Notes: generated by a model from the sequence alone, not told the origin. Positions 19,494 to 30,692 are shown, numbered from the stretch's first letter. The stretch: 64,000 nt of DNA from Legionella sp. (GCA_041662885.1 JBAZRP010000002.1:14118-78117); one strand, 5' to 3'. Numbers and translations are program-made.

Positions 19494-21143
19494 ATGATTA
19501 ATGAACGAAAAATGCTGGTAACCAGCGCCCTGCCTTATGCCAATGGCCATTTGCATCTGGGTCATATGGTGGAGCACATTCAAACAGATATTTGGGTGCG
19601 CACACATAAAATGTTGGGCATTAATTGTATTAGCGTATGTGGTGATGATGCTCATGGTACGCCAATAATGCTAAAAGCAGAGCAAATGGGTATTACCCCA
19701 GAAGCGTTGACTGCAGAAATAAAAAAGAGTCATGAAGCTGATTTTAAGGCTTTTTCTATCGAATACGATAGTTACCACACCACTCATTCTACCGAGAATC
19801 AAGAACTAGCAAACCTGATTTATCAGCGTTTACAAGCTGGTGGAGATATTGTTAAAAGAACCGTACGCCAAGCCTACGATCCTGTGAAAAATATGTTTTT
19901 ACCCGATAGGTATGTTAAAGGTACTTGTCCAAAATGTAATACTCCGGATCAATACGGCGATAACTGTGAAGCTTGTGGTGCAACTTATTCTCCGACTGAT
20001 TTACTTAATGCGGTTTCGGCTATTTCAGGTGCTACCCCGATAGAAAAAGATTCAGAGCATTATTTTTTTGATTTACCGCGTTATGAAGATTTATTAAAAG
20101 ACTGGACGCGTAAGGGTCATTTACAAACCGAAGTTGCAAATAAATTAGATGAATGGTTTGATGCAGGATTAAAGCAATGGGATATTTCACGCGATGCTCC
20201 CTATTTTGGATTTCCTATACCTGGAACTACAGATAAATATTTTTACGTTTGGTTGGATGCTCCTATAGGCTACATGGCAAGTTTTAAAAAATATTGCAAT
20301 GAAAATGCAATTGAGTTTGCTGAGTATTGGGATGAGGGTAGTAAAACCGAGCTGTATCATTTTGTTGGCAAAGACATTATGTATTTTCATGCTTTATTTT
20401 GGCCTGCCTTATTAGCAGCAAGTGGGCATAGAACGCCAACAGCAGTCTATACGCATGGATTTTTAACAATAGACGGCCAGAAGATGTCTAAGTCGCGTGG
20501 CACATTTGTGGAGGCACGTACTTATTTGGATCATTTGCATCCCGAATATTTGCGATATTATTTTGCAGCTAAATTAAATGGTCGCGTTGATGATTTGGAT
20601 TTAAATTTTGAAGATTTTACCAATAGAGTTAATGCAGACTTAGTTGGAAAAGTAGTAAATATTGCGAGTAGATGTGCCGGTTTTATTAATAAACGATTTG
20701 ATAATACTTTAAGTGCTACTTTATCTGAGCCAAAATTATATGCAGAAATAATTAGTGCGCGCGAAGCAGTTATTGAAGCATATAGTACCCGTGATTATGC
20801 ACGTGCGATTCGTTTGATTATGGAATGTGCAGATAAAGTAAATCAATACATAGATTTAAATAAGCCTTGGGTATTAGCGAAAGAAGAAGCAAGTTTAAAT
20901 GACGTTCAAGCTATTTGTACCATGGGAATTAATTTGTTTAGAGCTTTAATAACTTATTTAAAACCAGTACTACCAATGATGGCACAAGCTTCAGAGCAAT
21001 TTTTGAATTGCCCACCATTAACTTGGGATGCCTTGGATACACCACTTTTAAATCATACTATTAATCAATTTCAGCCTTTAATAGTGCGTGTAGATAAAGA
21101 TAAAATTACCGCCATGATGAATCAAAATCGAGAAAATAAGTAA
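19494..21143 (+). CDS. metG: Methionine--tRNA ligase (short form, no C-terminal tRNA-binding appendix)
   Basis: 549 aa with the '[13 protein letters not shown]' (HIGH) and 'KMSKSRG' (KMSKS) motifs and Zn-knuckle cysteines 'CPKC…CEAC'. Confidence 0.97.
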   Translation: MINERKMLVTSALPYANGHLHLGHMVEHIQTDIWVRTHKMLGINCISVCGDDAHGTPIMLKAEQMGITPEALTAEIKKSHEADFKAFSIEYDSYHTTHSTENQELANLIYQRLQAGGDIVKRTVRQAYDPVKNMFLPDRYVKGTCPKCNTPDQYGDNCEACGATYSPTDLLNAVSAISGATPIEKDSEHYFFDLPRYEDLLKDWTRKGHLQTEVANKLDEWFDAGLKQWDISRDAPYFGFPIPGTTDKYFYVWLDAPIGYMASFKKYCNENAIEFAEYWDEGSKTELYHFVGKDIMYFHALFWPALLAASGHRTPTAVYTHGFLTIDGQKMSKSRGTFVEARTYLDHLHPEYLRYYFAAKLNGRVDDLDLNFEDFTNRVNADLVGKVVNIASRCAGFINKRFDNTLSATLSEPKLYAEIISAREAVIEAYSTRDYARAIRLIMECADKVNQYIDLNKPWVLAKEEASLNDVQAICTMGINLFRALITYLKPVLPMMAQASEQFLNCPPLTWDALDTPLLNHTINQFQPLIVRVDKDKITAMMNQNRENK

Positions 21144-21757
21144 TGGTTTCAGTTAGCGAAATAGATGCATTATTACCGCAAACTCAATGCGAGGAATGCA
21201 GTTATCCGGGCTGTCTTCCTTATGCGGAAGCCTTGGCTCAAGGTAGTGCTGCTATAAATAAATGTCCTCCTGGCGGGGTTGCTTTAGTTAAAGCCTTGGG
21301 CAAATTACTAAACATAGATGCAACACCTTATTTGCCAGAAGCAGAAAAAAATACACGTGAACCTTCAGTTGCCTTTATTCGCGAAGAAGAATGTATTGGT
21401 TGTACTAAATGCATTAAAGCCTGTCCTGTGGATGCCATAATTGGCAGCGGTAAATTAATGCATGCAATCATTGCGCATGAATGTACTGGCTGTGGTTTAT
21501 GTGTTGCTCCTTGTCCTGTTGATTGCATTGAAATGCATACTTTGCCTGAGCCTGATTATGATCCCGATTTAGCACGCAAACGTTTTAATGCAAAACAAAC
21601 ACGAATTCTGCGGGATGAGCATCAACAACAGCAAGCATATAGAGAAAAGCGTCATTTAGCAGCTCAATCACAGGATAAAACTCAAGATATTAAAGCGAAA
21701 CAAGATTATATCCAACAAGCTTTGGCTCGAGTTAAGGCGAAAAAAACGAATGAATAA
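21143..21757 (+). CDS. RnfB/RsxB-family Fe-S protein (N-terminal Cys cluster plus 2x[4Fe-4S] ferredoxin domain)
   Basis: 204 aa with '[20 protein letters not shown]…KCPPGG' and two 'CxxCxxCxxxCP' motifs. Its TAATG start overlaps the metG stop. It precedes nth, as in many gammaproteobacteria. Confidence 0.85.
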   Translation: MVSVSEIDALLPQTQCEECSYPGCLPYAEALAQGSAAINKCPPGGVALVKALGKLLNIDATPYLPEAEKNTREPSVAFIREEECIGCTKCIKACPVDAIIGSGKLMHAIIAHECTGCGLCVAPCPVDCIEMHTLPEPDYDPDLARKRFNAKQTRILRDEHQQQQAYREKRHLAAQSQDKTQDIKAKQDYIQQALARVKAKKTNE

Positions 21758-22379
21758 ACTCAAACGCAATGAAATTTTTAGACGATTGCGCGAGTTAAAT
21801 CCACACCCTACTACTGAATTACATTATTCCTCCCCATTTGAATTATTAATCGCTGTAATACTTTCTGCTCAAGCAACTGATGTCAGCGTTAATAAAGTCA
21901 CAGACAAATTATTCCCGGTAGCAAATACACCGCAAGCAATTTTAGATTTGGGTTTAGAAGAGTTTAAAAAATATATCAAATCGATAGGCTTATATAATAC
22001 CAAGGCGGAAAATATTTTTAAAACCTGCGCTTTACTTTTAGAGTGTCATCAAGGTACAGTGCCAAATAATAGAGAAGCTTTAGAAACTTTACCCGGTGTA
22101 GGACGTAAAACCGCTAATGTAGTTCTTAATACCGCTTTTGGTCAGGCAACTATGGCAGTGGATACGCATATTTTTCGAGTGGCTAATCGTACTGGTATAG
22201 CACGGGGTAAAACGCCTTTAGAGGTGGAACATAAATTAGTAAAAAATATCGATCCAGAATTTTTAAAAGATGCACATCATTGGTTAATTTTGCATGGACG
22301 TTATATTTGCACCGCACGTAAACCGCATTGTGAATCCTGTCCGATAAATGATTTATGTGATTTTTGGAGCGCTAAATGA
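21750..22379 (+). CDS. nth: Endonuclease III
   Basis: 209 aa with the HhH-GPD motif '[13 protein letters not shown]' and the C-terminal [4Fe-4S] loop 'C…[10 protein letters not shown]'. Confidence 0.96.
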   Translation: MNKLKRNEIFRRLRELNPHPTTELHYSSPFELLIAVILSAQATDVSVNKVTDKLFPVANTPQAILDLGLEEFKKYIKSIGLYNTKAENIFKTCALLLECHQGTVPNNREALETLPGVGRKTANVVLNTAFGQATMAVDTHIFRVANRTGIARGKTPLEVEHKLVKNIDPEFLKDAHHWLILHGRYICTARKPHCESCPINDLCDFWSAK

Positions 22380-24115
22380 AATGGATATCATCTCTAGGTA
22401 AAAATTTCTCAACCTTCAGCGATAATGTAACTTGGATATGGAATAAAGCTTCGCTCACTCAAGCAACTATTAGTCTGGCAACATATTCAGCTAATACTTT
22501 TTTTGAAATGGTCGATCAAGTTAGGGCTTTACGTCAAGCAGTTCCAGTCTTGTTTACCAAAGAGCACTCTAAGAAAATTGCTAATTCCATGGTCTATATA
22601 ACCATTCAAGATGTTTTATTTCCGGTATTAGCAGTACATTTTATAAATAATGGCGTGCAAAACTTTTATCGCAGACAAGAAGATCCTGAGTCGTCTTGGC
22701 ATGTCCCATATACTGCAGGTTTATGTGTATTAACTATTGTTGATTATAGTGTAAAAGCTTATACCTACAGGCAGGCAGTACAATCACTTATTAGAATCAC
22801 GGTATTGGATGCGGCTGCTCCATCAGCATTTAATGCAGATAGAACCAATCCACCTTTGCATGCATGTTCTAAAGAATGTAATTTAAAACGTAGAATTACA
22901 GGAGTATTTAGAGAGCCTATCATCCTGTTAACTAATGATGCTTTGGTTTATATGACAAGACAATTCCCTTATGGGGGTGAAACTATTTCGGAAGTTGTGC
23001 GTATATTTTTTAATGGTCGTTATATTACTCGTTTGGCAACTCCAGAATTATGTGAGCGGCATAAATTTCAATTAATGATGCAAGAATCAGTCTTAGGCTT
23101 AGGACTAGGTTATTGGTTAACTTCTAAATTGATGGATTATGCTTTAGAACAAACAATAGGTTTGCCGCCCTATATATTCCACCGCACCTTAAAACATGTA
23201 TTATTATTATTTCATGCCAATATGGCAACGCATATGGTTTTACCCTTGGTCGAAGCTAAAGATGCTACTTTGCCTTATGATCCTTTTAATATCTATGAAG
23301 CAGTTTGTCGATTTATAGCGGATGTAGTATTTACTGGACTTAAGATAAGAATTGGAATGGATTTTAAGCCTGAAGAAGGAAAGCCGCCAATTGTTACTTT
23401 ATCTTTTGTATTGCAAACCCTTACAACTATGTTGAATCAGGATTTTACTACTAAGAAATCCTTTTTACCGGTGTTTATGCAAAAATCCTATCAGAAGGCT
23501 AGACCTTATCTTTTGCCGACTATTTTGCAATCAACTGATAACTTTGTTAATGATCCCTTGGTTGGGGTGTATTGGGAAGTAATACAAGATGGCACTGCCG
23601 AATTTGTTGATAGAATTACAGCTATTTGTAAGGATAAAAAAACTCAGATGCTCTCACAAGCACCAAGAGACCAAGTTGTTTTAGCTTTATATTATTTTCT
23701 AGGTTTGCCACAAGGTATTACAAAAATAATATTGATGCTAAGTCGTGATGAGGATTTTTGGGAATTTGTTGAGGCATTAAATAGCTGGCTGCAACGTCAT
23801 CCTGTAAAAGGCCGACTTCAGTTGGCTGCTACTGGTACTGTAGAAAAGCTATTGCAGCAGGATAGACCACATGAGACGGTTGTTGAAAAAATAGAGGATA
23901 GTTCTTCGCATATTGCCGCTCAGGAATTATTACCGATGCCTGCAGTGAGACAACTTATTGATGTTGAGGTAAGTAAGGATGAGGTAAAAAAAGAAGAGAC
24001 AACTTCTGATTCGCTTGCTTTAAATCCACATAGTTTGTTCGGTCAGGATGTACGTAAGCGTCCAACATCAGAAGTCGTATTTACCGTAAACGATCTAAAT
24101 TCTGGTTTTTTTTGA
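22376..24115 (+). CDS. Hypothetical 579-aa protein (orphan; effector-like), translationally coupled to nth
   Basis: Long uninterrupted ORF whose ATG overlaps the nth stop (ATGA at 22376-22379). No family recognised. Confidence 0.75.
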   Translation: MKWISSLGKNFSTFSDNVTWIWNKASLTQATISLATYSANTFFEMVDQVRALRQAVPVLFTKEHSKKIANSMVYITIQDVLFPVLAVHFINNGVQNFYRRQEDPESSWHVPYTAGLCVLTIVDYSVKAYTYRQAVQSLIRITVLDAAAPSAFNADRTNPPLHACSKECNLKRRITGVFREPIILLTNDALVYMTRQFPYGGETISEVVRIFFNGRYITRLATPELCERHKFQLMMQESVLGLGLGYWLTSKLMDYALEQTIGLPPYIFHRTLKHVLLLFHANMATHMVLPLVEAKDATLPYDPFNIYEAVCRFIADVVFTGLKIRIGMDFKPEEGKPPIVTLSFVLQTLTTMLNQDFTTKKSFLPVFMQKSYQKARPYLLPTILQSTDNFVNDPLVGVYWEVIQDGTAEFVDRITAICKDKKTQMLSQAPRDQVVLALYYFLGLPQGITKIILMLSRDEDFWEFVEALNSWLQRHPVKGRLQLAATGTVEKLLQQDRPHETVVEKIEDSSSHIAAQELLPMPAVRQLIDVEVSKDEVKKEETTSDSLALNPHSLFGQDVRKRPTSEVVFTVNDLNSGFF

Positions 24116-24129
24116 TCTATTTGTAACTC

Positions 24130-24215
24130 ACCTGGAGATCCCTTGCTGTGCTCGGGATGATTTGGGAGTGGTTAGGGATGACGTTGCGATTAAAACGTCA
24201 TCCAGAACGAAGTGA
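24130..24215. repeat. REP-like element with a 10-bp-stem hairpin between convergent genes
   Basis: 'gagatcccttgctgtgctcgggatga' is followed by the hairpin 'ggatgacgtt-gcgattaa-aacgtcatcc' (24176-24203) and 'gtcatccagaacgaagtgaatctc'. This resembles short repeats seen in Legionellales genomes, from memory. Confidence 0.55.
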
Positions 24216-24252
24216 ATCTCCTCATAATGGTGCAATGCCAATTTGAGGGGTG

Positions 24253-25617
24253 TTATATTTTTTTAACGGGCCTTTTCCATCCATACACAGTTTTTTGGCG
24301 TGATTCAGTTAATGTCAATTCATCTGCAGGCACGTCTTTACGAATGGTACTACCAGCACCCACGGTTGCATGTGCACCGATTGTTACCGGTGCTACCAAT
24401 TGCGAATCAGAACCAATAAAGGCACCGTCTTCAATAATAGTTTGGTATTTATTCGCACCATCATAATTACAGGTAATAGTGCCAGCACCAATATTTACTT
24501 TTTTACCAACAGTAACATCACCTAAATACGATAAATGATTGGCTTTAGAGCCAGTATCAAATACGGCTTTTTTGGTTTCAACAAAATTGCCGATTTTACA
24601 ATGCGCTGCCAATTGCGTGCCTGGTCTTAAGCGTGCGAAAGGACCAATTTCACAATTATTTTCAATCACACAATTTTCAAGGACACTGTTAGCACGAATG
24701 ATACAAGCGGGGCCTAAGCGTACATTTTCTAAAGTACAATTGGGTTCTATATGGCAGTCATCACCAAGCTCTACGACTCCAGTAAAGACACAATTTACAT
24801 CAATGAATACATCTTTGCCGCAATTTAAGGATCCACGTACATCAAATCTATGCGCATCAGCCAGACTGACACCGCTTTCCAGTGCTTTCTGGGCTTGCCT
24901 AAATTGCCACTCACGTTCCAGCATTTGCAATTGCAGTCTATCATTAACGCCTTGTACTTGCGCCCAATCGGTACAACTTAAAGATTCAATCGGCAGCTTA
25001 TCCTGCACGGCCATAGCAATAATTTCAGTTAAATAATATTCACCTTGTGCGTTGTTTTTCTTTAACTGAGGCAACCATTTTGCTAAATCTGCTGCTTTTG
25101 CACAACAAATGCCGGTATAAATTTCTTTTATATTCTTTTCTTGCTCACTTGCATCTTTTTCTTCTACAATGGAAGTGATTTCACCTTGTGTGTTTCTGAT
25201 AATACGACCAAGCCCTTGTGGTTTATCGAGCTCAGCGACTAAGAGTGCTAGAGAGGATTGGTTACTGGATTCTATTAAAGCACGCAGTGTTTCTGATTGA
25301 ATTAAAGGAACATCTGCATAAAGTACCAAAACTTGGGAATCAGGTGCAATATGCGGTAATGCTTGCATGACTGCATGCCCTGTTCCTAATTGTTCTGCTT
25401 GATGAACCCAGTGAATACTTGTGTCGGGCAGTGCGGTTTTAATTTCTTCGCCGCCATGGCCATAAATTACGTGAATTGCTTTAGGATTTAATTGCTTGGC
25501 AGTATCAATCACCCAGGACAGCATCGGTTTTCCTGCTAATTGGTGTAGTACTTTAGGTAGCTTGGAATGCATCCTTTTACCTTGACCCGCTGCTAAAATT
25601 ATAATTTGTAAATTCAT
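24253..25617 (-). CDS. glmU: Bifunctional UDP-N-acetylglucosamine pyrophosphorylase / GlcN-1-P acetyltransferase GlmU
   Basis: 454 aa with N-terminal 'ILAAGQGKRMHS' and C-terminal left-handed beta-helix hexapeptide repeats. Confidence 0.97.
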   Translation of the reverse strand: MNLQIIILAAGQGKRMHSKLPKVLHQLAGKPMLSWVIDTAKQLNPKAIHVIYGHGGEEIKTALPDTSIHWVHQAEQLGTGHAVMQALPHIAPDSQVLVLYADVPLIQSETLRALIESSNQSSLALLVAELDKPQGLGRIIRNTQGEITSIVEEKDASEQEKNIKEIYTGICCAKAADLAKWLPQLKKNNAQGEYYLTEIIAMAVQDKLPIESLSCTDWAQVQGVNDRLQLQMLEREWQFRQAQKALESGVSLADAHRFDVRGSLNCGKDVFIDVNCVFTGVVELGDDCHIEPNCTLENVRLGPACIIRANSVLENCVIENNCEIGPFARLRPGTQLAAHCKIGNFVETKKAVFDTGSKANHLSYLGDVTVGKKVNIGAGTITCNYDGANKYQTIIEDGAFIGSDSQLVAPVTIGAHATVGAGSTIRKDVPADELTLTESRQKTVYGWKRPVKKI

Positions 25618-25711
25618 AAGATTTATGTTTTCCTAAGTGGAATAAGTTAAGAAGACTATCCTGATATAATAAACGAAGTCTAGGTAAAATTGCAGTCTAA
25701 GGAGTAGCGCA

Positions 25712-26626
25712 ATGACAACAATATTTTTATCAGCCGTACAAGCCTTGCTAAGAGCCCAATTAAATAAGCGCAGTGCTATATTGGAACATGAGTCTACAGC
25801 TTTAGGGCACAATCATGATTTAGCTAGTGAGCAAAAAGATGTTATCGATAAATTAATTGATGATGATCTGATGCGATTTAAGAGTAGCGATAGATCAAAT
25901 GATAAAGCGGATCTAGAAAAGATAATAGCCTTTATTGAGGCTGCCAGAGAAAAAATAAAGCAAGTCAGAGCAGATAATGATTATGGCTCAAAGATTGGTA
26001 AAACAATCCCTCATTTAAATGATTTAATTATTCAGACCAAAGATTTTTATACAAAAGTGGAAGGGATAAAAAGTTTCAACTTTTTAAATAGATCCTTTAC
26101 CGCTACTCCTGAAAATTATGTATATTATCGAGGCGTTTATTATCTAGGCGATGATATCTATAGCCCTCAGAGTAGAAGTCAATCCGTAAGAACACAAAAA
26201 GAAGCTGCGATAGAAAAGAGACTTAGAATTTTAAATAGCCAGGTACTTGCATCAACTAAATTTGAAGACCGTAAACGTGATGCCCTACAAGCAATAGCTG
26301 ATTTAAATACCGATAATTCTGGAATCGTAGATGCAAAAAAAGCACCCAGAAGAGCTATTCCACAAATAACATTTTTAGGTTTTGGGCTCAAAACCCCAAA
26401 AGGTATGACTGGGCCAGGTAAGGGGCGTTTTAAAAAGCAATTTGGCTTAGCTGAAGGAGTAATTAAGGCTATGACGATTGTTCAATTTAAGCCGGATGAG
26501 TTAGCACAGGTAAAACCTGAGGAAGTGGTAGAAGATCAGGTAGAAGATCAGGTAGATGATGATGACGATGATGATAATAATAATAATTCAACAAGGAGAA
26601 ATAGTTCATCCGCATCGGTGGTTTAG
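25712..26626 (+). CDS. Hypothetical protein with poly-Asp/Asn tail (orphan; effector-like)
   Basis: 304 aa with 'aaggagtagcgcaATG' context. The C-terminus reads 'EDQVEDQVDDDDDDDNNNNSTRRNSSSASVV'. No family recognised. Confidence 0.65.
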   Translation: MTTIFLSAVQALLRAQLNKRSAILEHESTALGHNHDLASEQKDVIDKLIDDDLMRFKSSDRSNDKADLEKIIAFIEAAREKIKQVRADNDYGSKIGKTIPHLNDLIIQTKDFYTKVEGIKSFNFLNRSFTATPENYVYYRGVYYLGDDIYSPQSRSQSVRTQKEAAIEKRLRILNSQVLASTKFEDRKRDALQAIADLNTDNSGIVDAKKAPRRAIPQITFLGFGLKTPKGMTGPGKGRFKKQFGLAEGVIKAMTIVQFKPDELAQVKPEEVVEDQVEDQVDDDDDDDNNNNSTRRNSSSASVV

Positions 26627-27684
26627 CGTGTTTTGTTAGGAGAAACATACATGTCCGTCGCTGCGCTCGCAACGACGGTATCCAGCTCCCCACACAAATC
26701 TGTTTCCATCAAACGCTTAACTTCACTAATCGGCAAATTCTTACTCAATAAATACAGTAATTTGCAATGCGCTGCTTCCGGAGTCATATCATGCCCACTA
26801 ATAACCCCTGCCTGTTTTAACGAATGCCCAGTGGCGTATTGATCCATTTCAACGCGACCTTGTTGACACTGCGTGCAATTGACAATAACCACGCCCCTAT
26901 CAGCTGCATCTTTTAATAATTGTAAAAATACCGGATCATTATTTTGCGCATTGCCTGCACCATAAGTTTCTAAAATCAAACCACGCAAGGGTTGGTTTAA
27001 AATAAAGGCCAATACATCCGAGGCAAAGCCCGGAAATAAGCGGAAATTGGCAATAAATTGCGGCATGATGGTTTGTAATTGAAAGGCTTGCTGCGGTGCT
27101 TGTTGTAAAAGCTGGTGATGAATATCAATATCAATGCCAATAGACGCTAAATGAGGATAATTTGGTGAATCAAAGGCATTAAATTTCTGCGCACTTATTT
27201 TTTGAGTACGATTACCGCGTAATAAACGCTGATTAAACAACACGCAAACCTCATTAATGGGTTGATGTGCGCAGAGCCATAATGAGGTGATGACATTATC
27301 AATCGCATCATTACGAACCTTTGATAAAGGAATTTGAGAACCGGTGACGATCACTGGTTTGCCCAAATGCTCTAGCATAAAAGATAAGGCAGAAGCGGTG
27401 TACGCCATGGTATCGGTGCCATGAAATACTATAAAACCATCAAAATGTTGGTAGGCATGGGTAATATCTTCCCCAATTTGGTTCCAGTCATTGACGGTCA
27501 TATTGGAAGAATCAAGCAGCGGACAATATTCCTTAATGATATATTCCGGCATATCCGCATGTTTTAACGAGGGGATTTGCGCTAAAGCCCGCTCGACATA
27601 ACCCTCAGCAGGTTCATAGCCGTATTCTGTTGTAACACTACTTATAGTGCCACCAGTGTTAAGAATTAAAATACGTTTATCCAT
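26623..27684 (-). CDS. ansA: L-asparaginase, type I (cytoplasmic)
   Basis: 353 aa with 'ILILNTGGTISS' and 'HGTDTMAYTASALSF', the asparaginase signatures. Confidence 0.92.
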   Translation of the reverse strand: MDKRILILNTGGTISSVTTEYGYEPAEGYVERALAQIPSLKHADMPEYIIKEYCPLLDSSNMTVNDWNQIGEDITHAYQHFDGFIVFHGTDTMAYTASALSFMLEHLGKPVIVTGSQIPLSKVRNDAIDNVITSLWLCAHQPINEVCVLFNQRLLRGNRTQKISAQKFNAFDSPNYPHLASIGIDIDIHHQLLQQAPQQAFQLQTIMPQFIANFRLFPGFASDVLAFILNQPLRGLILETYGAGNAQNNDPVFLQLLKDAADRGVVIVNCTQCQQGRVEMDQYATGHSLKQAGVISGHDMTPEAAHCKLLYLLSKNLPISEVKRLMETDLCGELDTVVASAATDMYVSPNKTR

Positions 27685-27875
27685 GTTGACGACCGCCTAA
27701 TGCAAATTTTGCCAATTATAAAATTATACTGATTAAAAATTTAATCTCAATCAATTTAAAAGTGCATAACTGCTAATCATTTGGACAATTTAAATTATAT
27801 TTTCAGTTTTAATTGCCAAGGTCTTGTACTTTGTGGAAAAATCAAGTTATTAACGTTTTTAAAAAGCTTTTTATC

Positions 27876-28400
27876 ATGGTAATTGATCGAGCAGGATATC
27901 GTTTGAACGTAGGAATTATCCTAGTCAACGAATCAGATAGAGTATTTTGGGGTAGAAGAAGCGGACATGATGCCTGGCAATTCCCACAAGGTGGCTTAGC
28001 CACAGGCGAAAGTGCACAGCAGGCTATGTTTCGGGAATTATATGAAGAAGTAGGTTTGGAGCGGGCTGATGTCGAAGTATTAGGCTCAACCAAGCGCTGG
28101 CTTAAATACCGATTGCCCAAACAATATCTGCGTCATGGAAGTGAACCCTTAGTTATTGGTCAAAAACAAAAATGGTTTTTGTTGCGCCTGGTTTCTAGTG
28201 AACAAAAAGTACGTTTGGATTTAAGTGACTCTCCAGAGTTTGATAGTTGGCGCTGGATTGATTTTCATGAGCCAGAACAACAGGTAATTTTTTTCAAGCG
28301 CCAAGTATATGGTCAAGCTTTGAAAGAATTAGAAAGTTTATTAAAAACCCGCCGAACTAATTGCGGCCAAAAACGAAAAAAGAGGTCAGATAAATCCTAG
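27876..28400 (+). CDS. rppH: RNA pyrophosphohydrolase RppH (NudH)
   Basis: Nudix box 'GGLATGESAQQAMFRELYEEVGL'. The track starts at a TTG (27813). Homologues start near 'MVIDRAGYRLNVGIIL', so the ATG at 27876 is preferred. Confidence 0.92.
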   Translation: MVIDRAGYRLNVGIILVNESDRVFWGRRSGHDAWQFPQGGLATGESAQQAMFRELYEEVGLERADVEVLGSTKRWLKYRLPKQYLRHGSEPLVIGQKQKWFLLRLVSSEQKVRLDLSDSPEFDSWRWIDFHEPEQQVIFFKRQVYGQALKELESLLKTRRTNCGQKRKKRSDKS

Positions 28401-30692
28401 ATGCTAAAAGTACTGAAACGAATAGTTCAAGACGTCACCGCTGCCAATGATTTAACAGAGGCGCTTGGGATTTTAGTGCAGCGAATTAGTAAAGCCATTA
28501 ATGTTGAGGCCGTTTCCGTATACCTTATAGATAATAAAAATGCAGAATATGTTTTATTCGCTACAGAAGGATTAAATAAACAAGCAGAATTTAGGGTCCG
28601 TGTCGGACTTGATAATGGACTAATTGGTTTAATTGGCCGCCGAGAAGAGCCAATTAACCTGGAAGACGCTCCTTCTCATCCCGATTTTTTTCATCATAGT
28701 TTATTAGGCGAAGAACATTTAAGCGCTTTTTTAGGCGTGCCGATTTTACAACATAGAAAACTGTATGGTGTATTAATTGTCCAGCAAACCGAACAACGGT
28801 GTTTTGATGACGCGGAAGAATCGTTTTTAATTACCTTGGCAGCGCAACTTGGCGGCATGCTAGCTCATGCTGAAGCTACCGGCGAACTTGCTGAATTAAC
28901 CCAACCTAAACCCGTGGGTGCCAAAAAAGTCGAAACCGTTCAGACTGCCTTATCAGGAATAGGCAGTGTTCCAGGTATTGGTATCGGTAGCGCCGTAGTA
29001 GTTTATCCACAATCCGATATTGATGCAGTACCACGAACGCATGTTGAAGATATTGCTGATGAAATCAAACAATTTTATGAGGCTTTAGAGACTGCTCGAG
29101 ATGATATGCGGCGTTTAAGCAAGCGTATGCAAGCAACAGTAGCTGAAGAAGAACATGCATTATTTGATGTGTATTTACGCATTTTGGATAATGATAGTTT
29201 GGGTAGTGAAGTTGAGGCAGTGATTCGTGAAGAAAAAATCAGTGCTCAAGCCGCTTTGGCAACGGTAATCAAAAAACATGTCGCCACTTTTGAAAATATG
29301 GAAGACGATTACTTGCGCGAGCGTGCAAGTGATTTTCGAGATTTGGGAAGACGTGTTCTTGCTGAATTGCAATGGTCCCAGCGTGAAGAAATTGCCTATC
29401 CCAAACGTACTATTTTAATGGGTGAAGAAGTAACGGCCGCAGCTTTAGCGGAAGTTCCCGAAGGTCAGCTAGCAGGTGTGGTATCTGCCAATGGTTCGAA
29501 TAACTCTCATGTAGCGATTTTAGCCAGAGCCTTAGGCGTGCCAACGGTTATGGGTGTTCGTGGCTTAAAGGTGGAAGATTTAGCGCGACGGGCGGTTATT
29601 GTTGATGGTTATTATGGCCATGTTCACATTTCACCTTCTAAAGCGATTCTTGCCGAATTTAAACAATTAGAACAAGAAGAAAATGAATTAAATCAAAGTT
29701 TGGTAAGTTTACGTGATAAACCAGCAGAAACAACCGACAGCTATCGCGTATCTTTGCAAGTAAATACAGGTCTGGCAATGGATGCAGGCTTATCATTAAG
29801 CGTGGGCGCCGAAGGAGTTGGTTTATACCGCTCTGAAGTCCCTTTCATGAGTCGCGATCGTTTTCCTTCTGAGGATGAACAAACGATTATTTACCGTCAA
29901 ACTTTAAAAGCCTTCGCCCCACGCTTGGTTACTATGCGTACTCTCGATATAGGTGGTGATAAAGTTTTGGCGTACTTTCCAGTGGAAGAAGAAAATCCCT
30001 TTCTAGGTTGGCGTGGTATCCGCATTACTTTGGATCATCCCGATGTATTTTTGATGCAGGTGCGAGCGATGATGCGCGCCAGTGAAGAATTAAATAATCT
30101 GCGCATAATGTTGCCAATGATTACTAATTTGAGTGAAATTGATGAGGCAAGTTATTTAATTGATCAGGCTTTTGATGAATTAATCGAAGAAGGTTGTGTC
30201 ATTGAAAAACCTAAAGTAGGTGTAATGATAGAGGTGCCTGCTGCAGCTTATTTGGCACGAGAAATGGCACGCAGAGTTGATTTTATTTCTGTTGGCAGCA
30301 ATGACTTAACGCAATATTTGCTAGCTGTAGATAGAAATAATGCGCGAGTTGCTGGTTTGTACGATTCTTTGCACCCCGCTATGTTGCGTGTGTTACTGAA
30401 AATAGTTGAAGGCGGCCATGCAGCAGGCGTTGAAGTAAGTATTTGCGGCGAAATGGCCGGTGATCCCCTAGCGGTTATTCTATTGATAGCCATGGGTTTT
30501 GATACCTTGAGTATGAACTCCGCCAGCTTGCCGCGTATTAAATGGATAGTACGTAATTTTGCTATCGCCCAAGCACGTAAAATTCTAGCTGAAGTTCTAG
30601 AATATGAACATCCGGCAGAAACCCGGTTTCACCTGCAAAAGGCTTTGGAACAAGAAGGTTTAGGAGGATTAATCAGAGCTGGAACATCATGA
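28401..30692 (+). CDS. ptsP: Phosphoenolpyruvate-protein phosphotransferase PtsP (EI-Ntr, GAF-domain form)
   Basis: 763 aa: an N-terminal GAF domain, then the EI core with 'GSNNSHVAILARALGVP' (active His) and the PEP-utilising domain 'SVGSNDLTQY'. It starts directly after the rppH stop. Confidence 0.96.
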   Translation: MLKVLKRIVQDVTAANDLTEALGILVQRISKAINVEAVSVYLIDNKNAEYVLFATEGLNKQAEFRVRVGLDNGLIGLIGRREEPINLEDAPSHPDFFHHSLLGEEHLSAFLGVPILQHRKLYGVLIVQQTEQRCFDDAEESFLITLAAQLGGMLAHAEATGELAELTQPKPVGAKKVETVQTALSGIGSVPGIGIGSAVVVYPQSDIDAVPRTHVEDIADEIKQFYEALETARDDMRRLSKRMQATVAEEEHALFDVYLRILDNDSLGSEVEAVIREEKISAQAALATVIKKHVATFENMEDDYLRERASDFRDLGRRVLAELQWSQREEIAYPKRTILMGEEVTAAALAEVPEGQLAGVVSANGSNNSHVAILARALGVPTVMGVRGLKVEDLARRAVIVDGYYGHVHISPSKAILAEFKQLEQEENELNQSLVSLRDKPAETTDSYRVSLQVNTGLAMDAGLSLSVGAEGVGLYRSEVPFMSRDRFPSEDEQTIIYRQTLKAFAPRLVTMRTLDIGGDKVLAYFPVEEENPFLGWRGIRITLDHPDVFLMQVRAMMRASEELNNLRIMLPMITNLSEIDEASYLIDQAFDELIEEGCVIEKPKVGVMIEVPAAAYLAREMARRVDFISVGSNDLTQYLLAVDRNNARVAGLYDSLHPAMLRVLLKIVEGGHAAGVEVSICGEMAGDPLAVILLIAMGFDTLSMNSASLPRIKWIVRNFAIAQARKILAEVLEYEHPAETRFHLQKALEQEGLGGLIRAGTS

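Noticed and set aside
19494-21143. metG lacks the C-terminal tRNA-binding (EMAPII/Trbp111-like) domain present in E. coli MetRS.
   Set aside because: Short-form MetRS is common in many bacteria. The ORF ends cleanly and is coupled to the next gene, so this is not a truncation or pseudogene.
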